From Calditrichaceae bacterium (GTDB lineage: Bacteria > Calditrichota > Calditrichia > Calditrichales > JBFXGD01), in the NCBI GenBank assembly GCA_050178385.1, contig JBFXGD010000063.1, positions 1-17,637 on the forward strand: a DNA stretch of 17,637 nt, in the 5' to 3' direction. The translations under genes and the position numbers were made by a program. The notes beneath the pieces are model-generated. The model did no database searches, was not told where the DNA came from, and worked only from the letters and a program-made list of their open reading frames with translations. Shown piece by piece: positions 17,481-17,637 of this stretch (the stretch's first letter is position 1; every line of letters starts with the position of its first letter).

Positions 17481-17487
17481 CTACCGA

Positions 17488-17637
17488 TTATTCCAATTCC
17501 CTAACTTTCCCCTCTATCAATCGTAATGTCCCATTTATATTTTCCACCACGTAATGAGCATTAATTCTTAGGACTGTGAGCCCGATGGCCTGTAATTTTG
17601 CATCTCGCCGAGCGTCAGAATCAACCTTGCCGTCATG
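17488..17637 (-). CDS. 3' end of a DUF559 (Vsr-like) endonuclease-domain protein
   Basis: Manual translation HDGKVDSDARRDAKLQAIGLTVLRINAHYVVENINGTLRLIEGKVRELE* fits the DUF559 C-terminal pattern H..D..RD..L...G..VLR. The 5' part lies outside the window. Confidence 0.8.
   Translation of the reverse strand, partial: HDGKVDSDARRDAKLQAIGLTVLRINAHYVVENINGTLRLIEGKVRELE

Overview
Bacterial chromosomal window of moderate GC. The gene content suggests a diderm, peptide-degrading lineage such as Calditrichota/KSB1/FCB (inference only). Left, all on the minus strand: a tightly coupled four-gene operon encoding a coiled-coil protein, an inner-membrane protein (longin/roadblock-like domain, TM, two BON domains, OmpA domain), a Rab-like small GTPase and a PAS-like sigma54 enhancer-binding protein. 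It is followed by a small Zn-ribbon gene with a candidate sigma54 promoter and by mscL, which runs off the window edge and is missing from the ORF track. Middle: exported peptidases (M3 Dcp, M1, S9), SRPBCC, DUF1684, a SAM methyltransferase, a lipoprotein and a membrane PP2C/SpoIIE phosphatase. Right: a repeat-dense accessory block with two palindromic repeat families, a 20/21-bp phased tandem array, an uncharacterised 249-aa helical protein, and the 3' end of a DUF559-type endonuclease gene (also missing from the ORF track) next to a cluster of the palindromic repeats. All family assignments come from motif recognition by eye; no searches were run.
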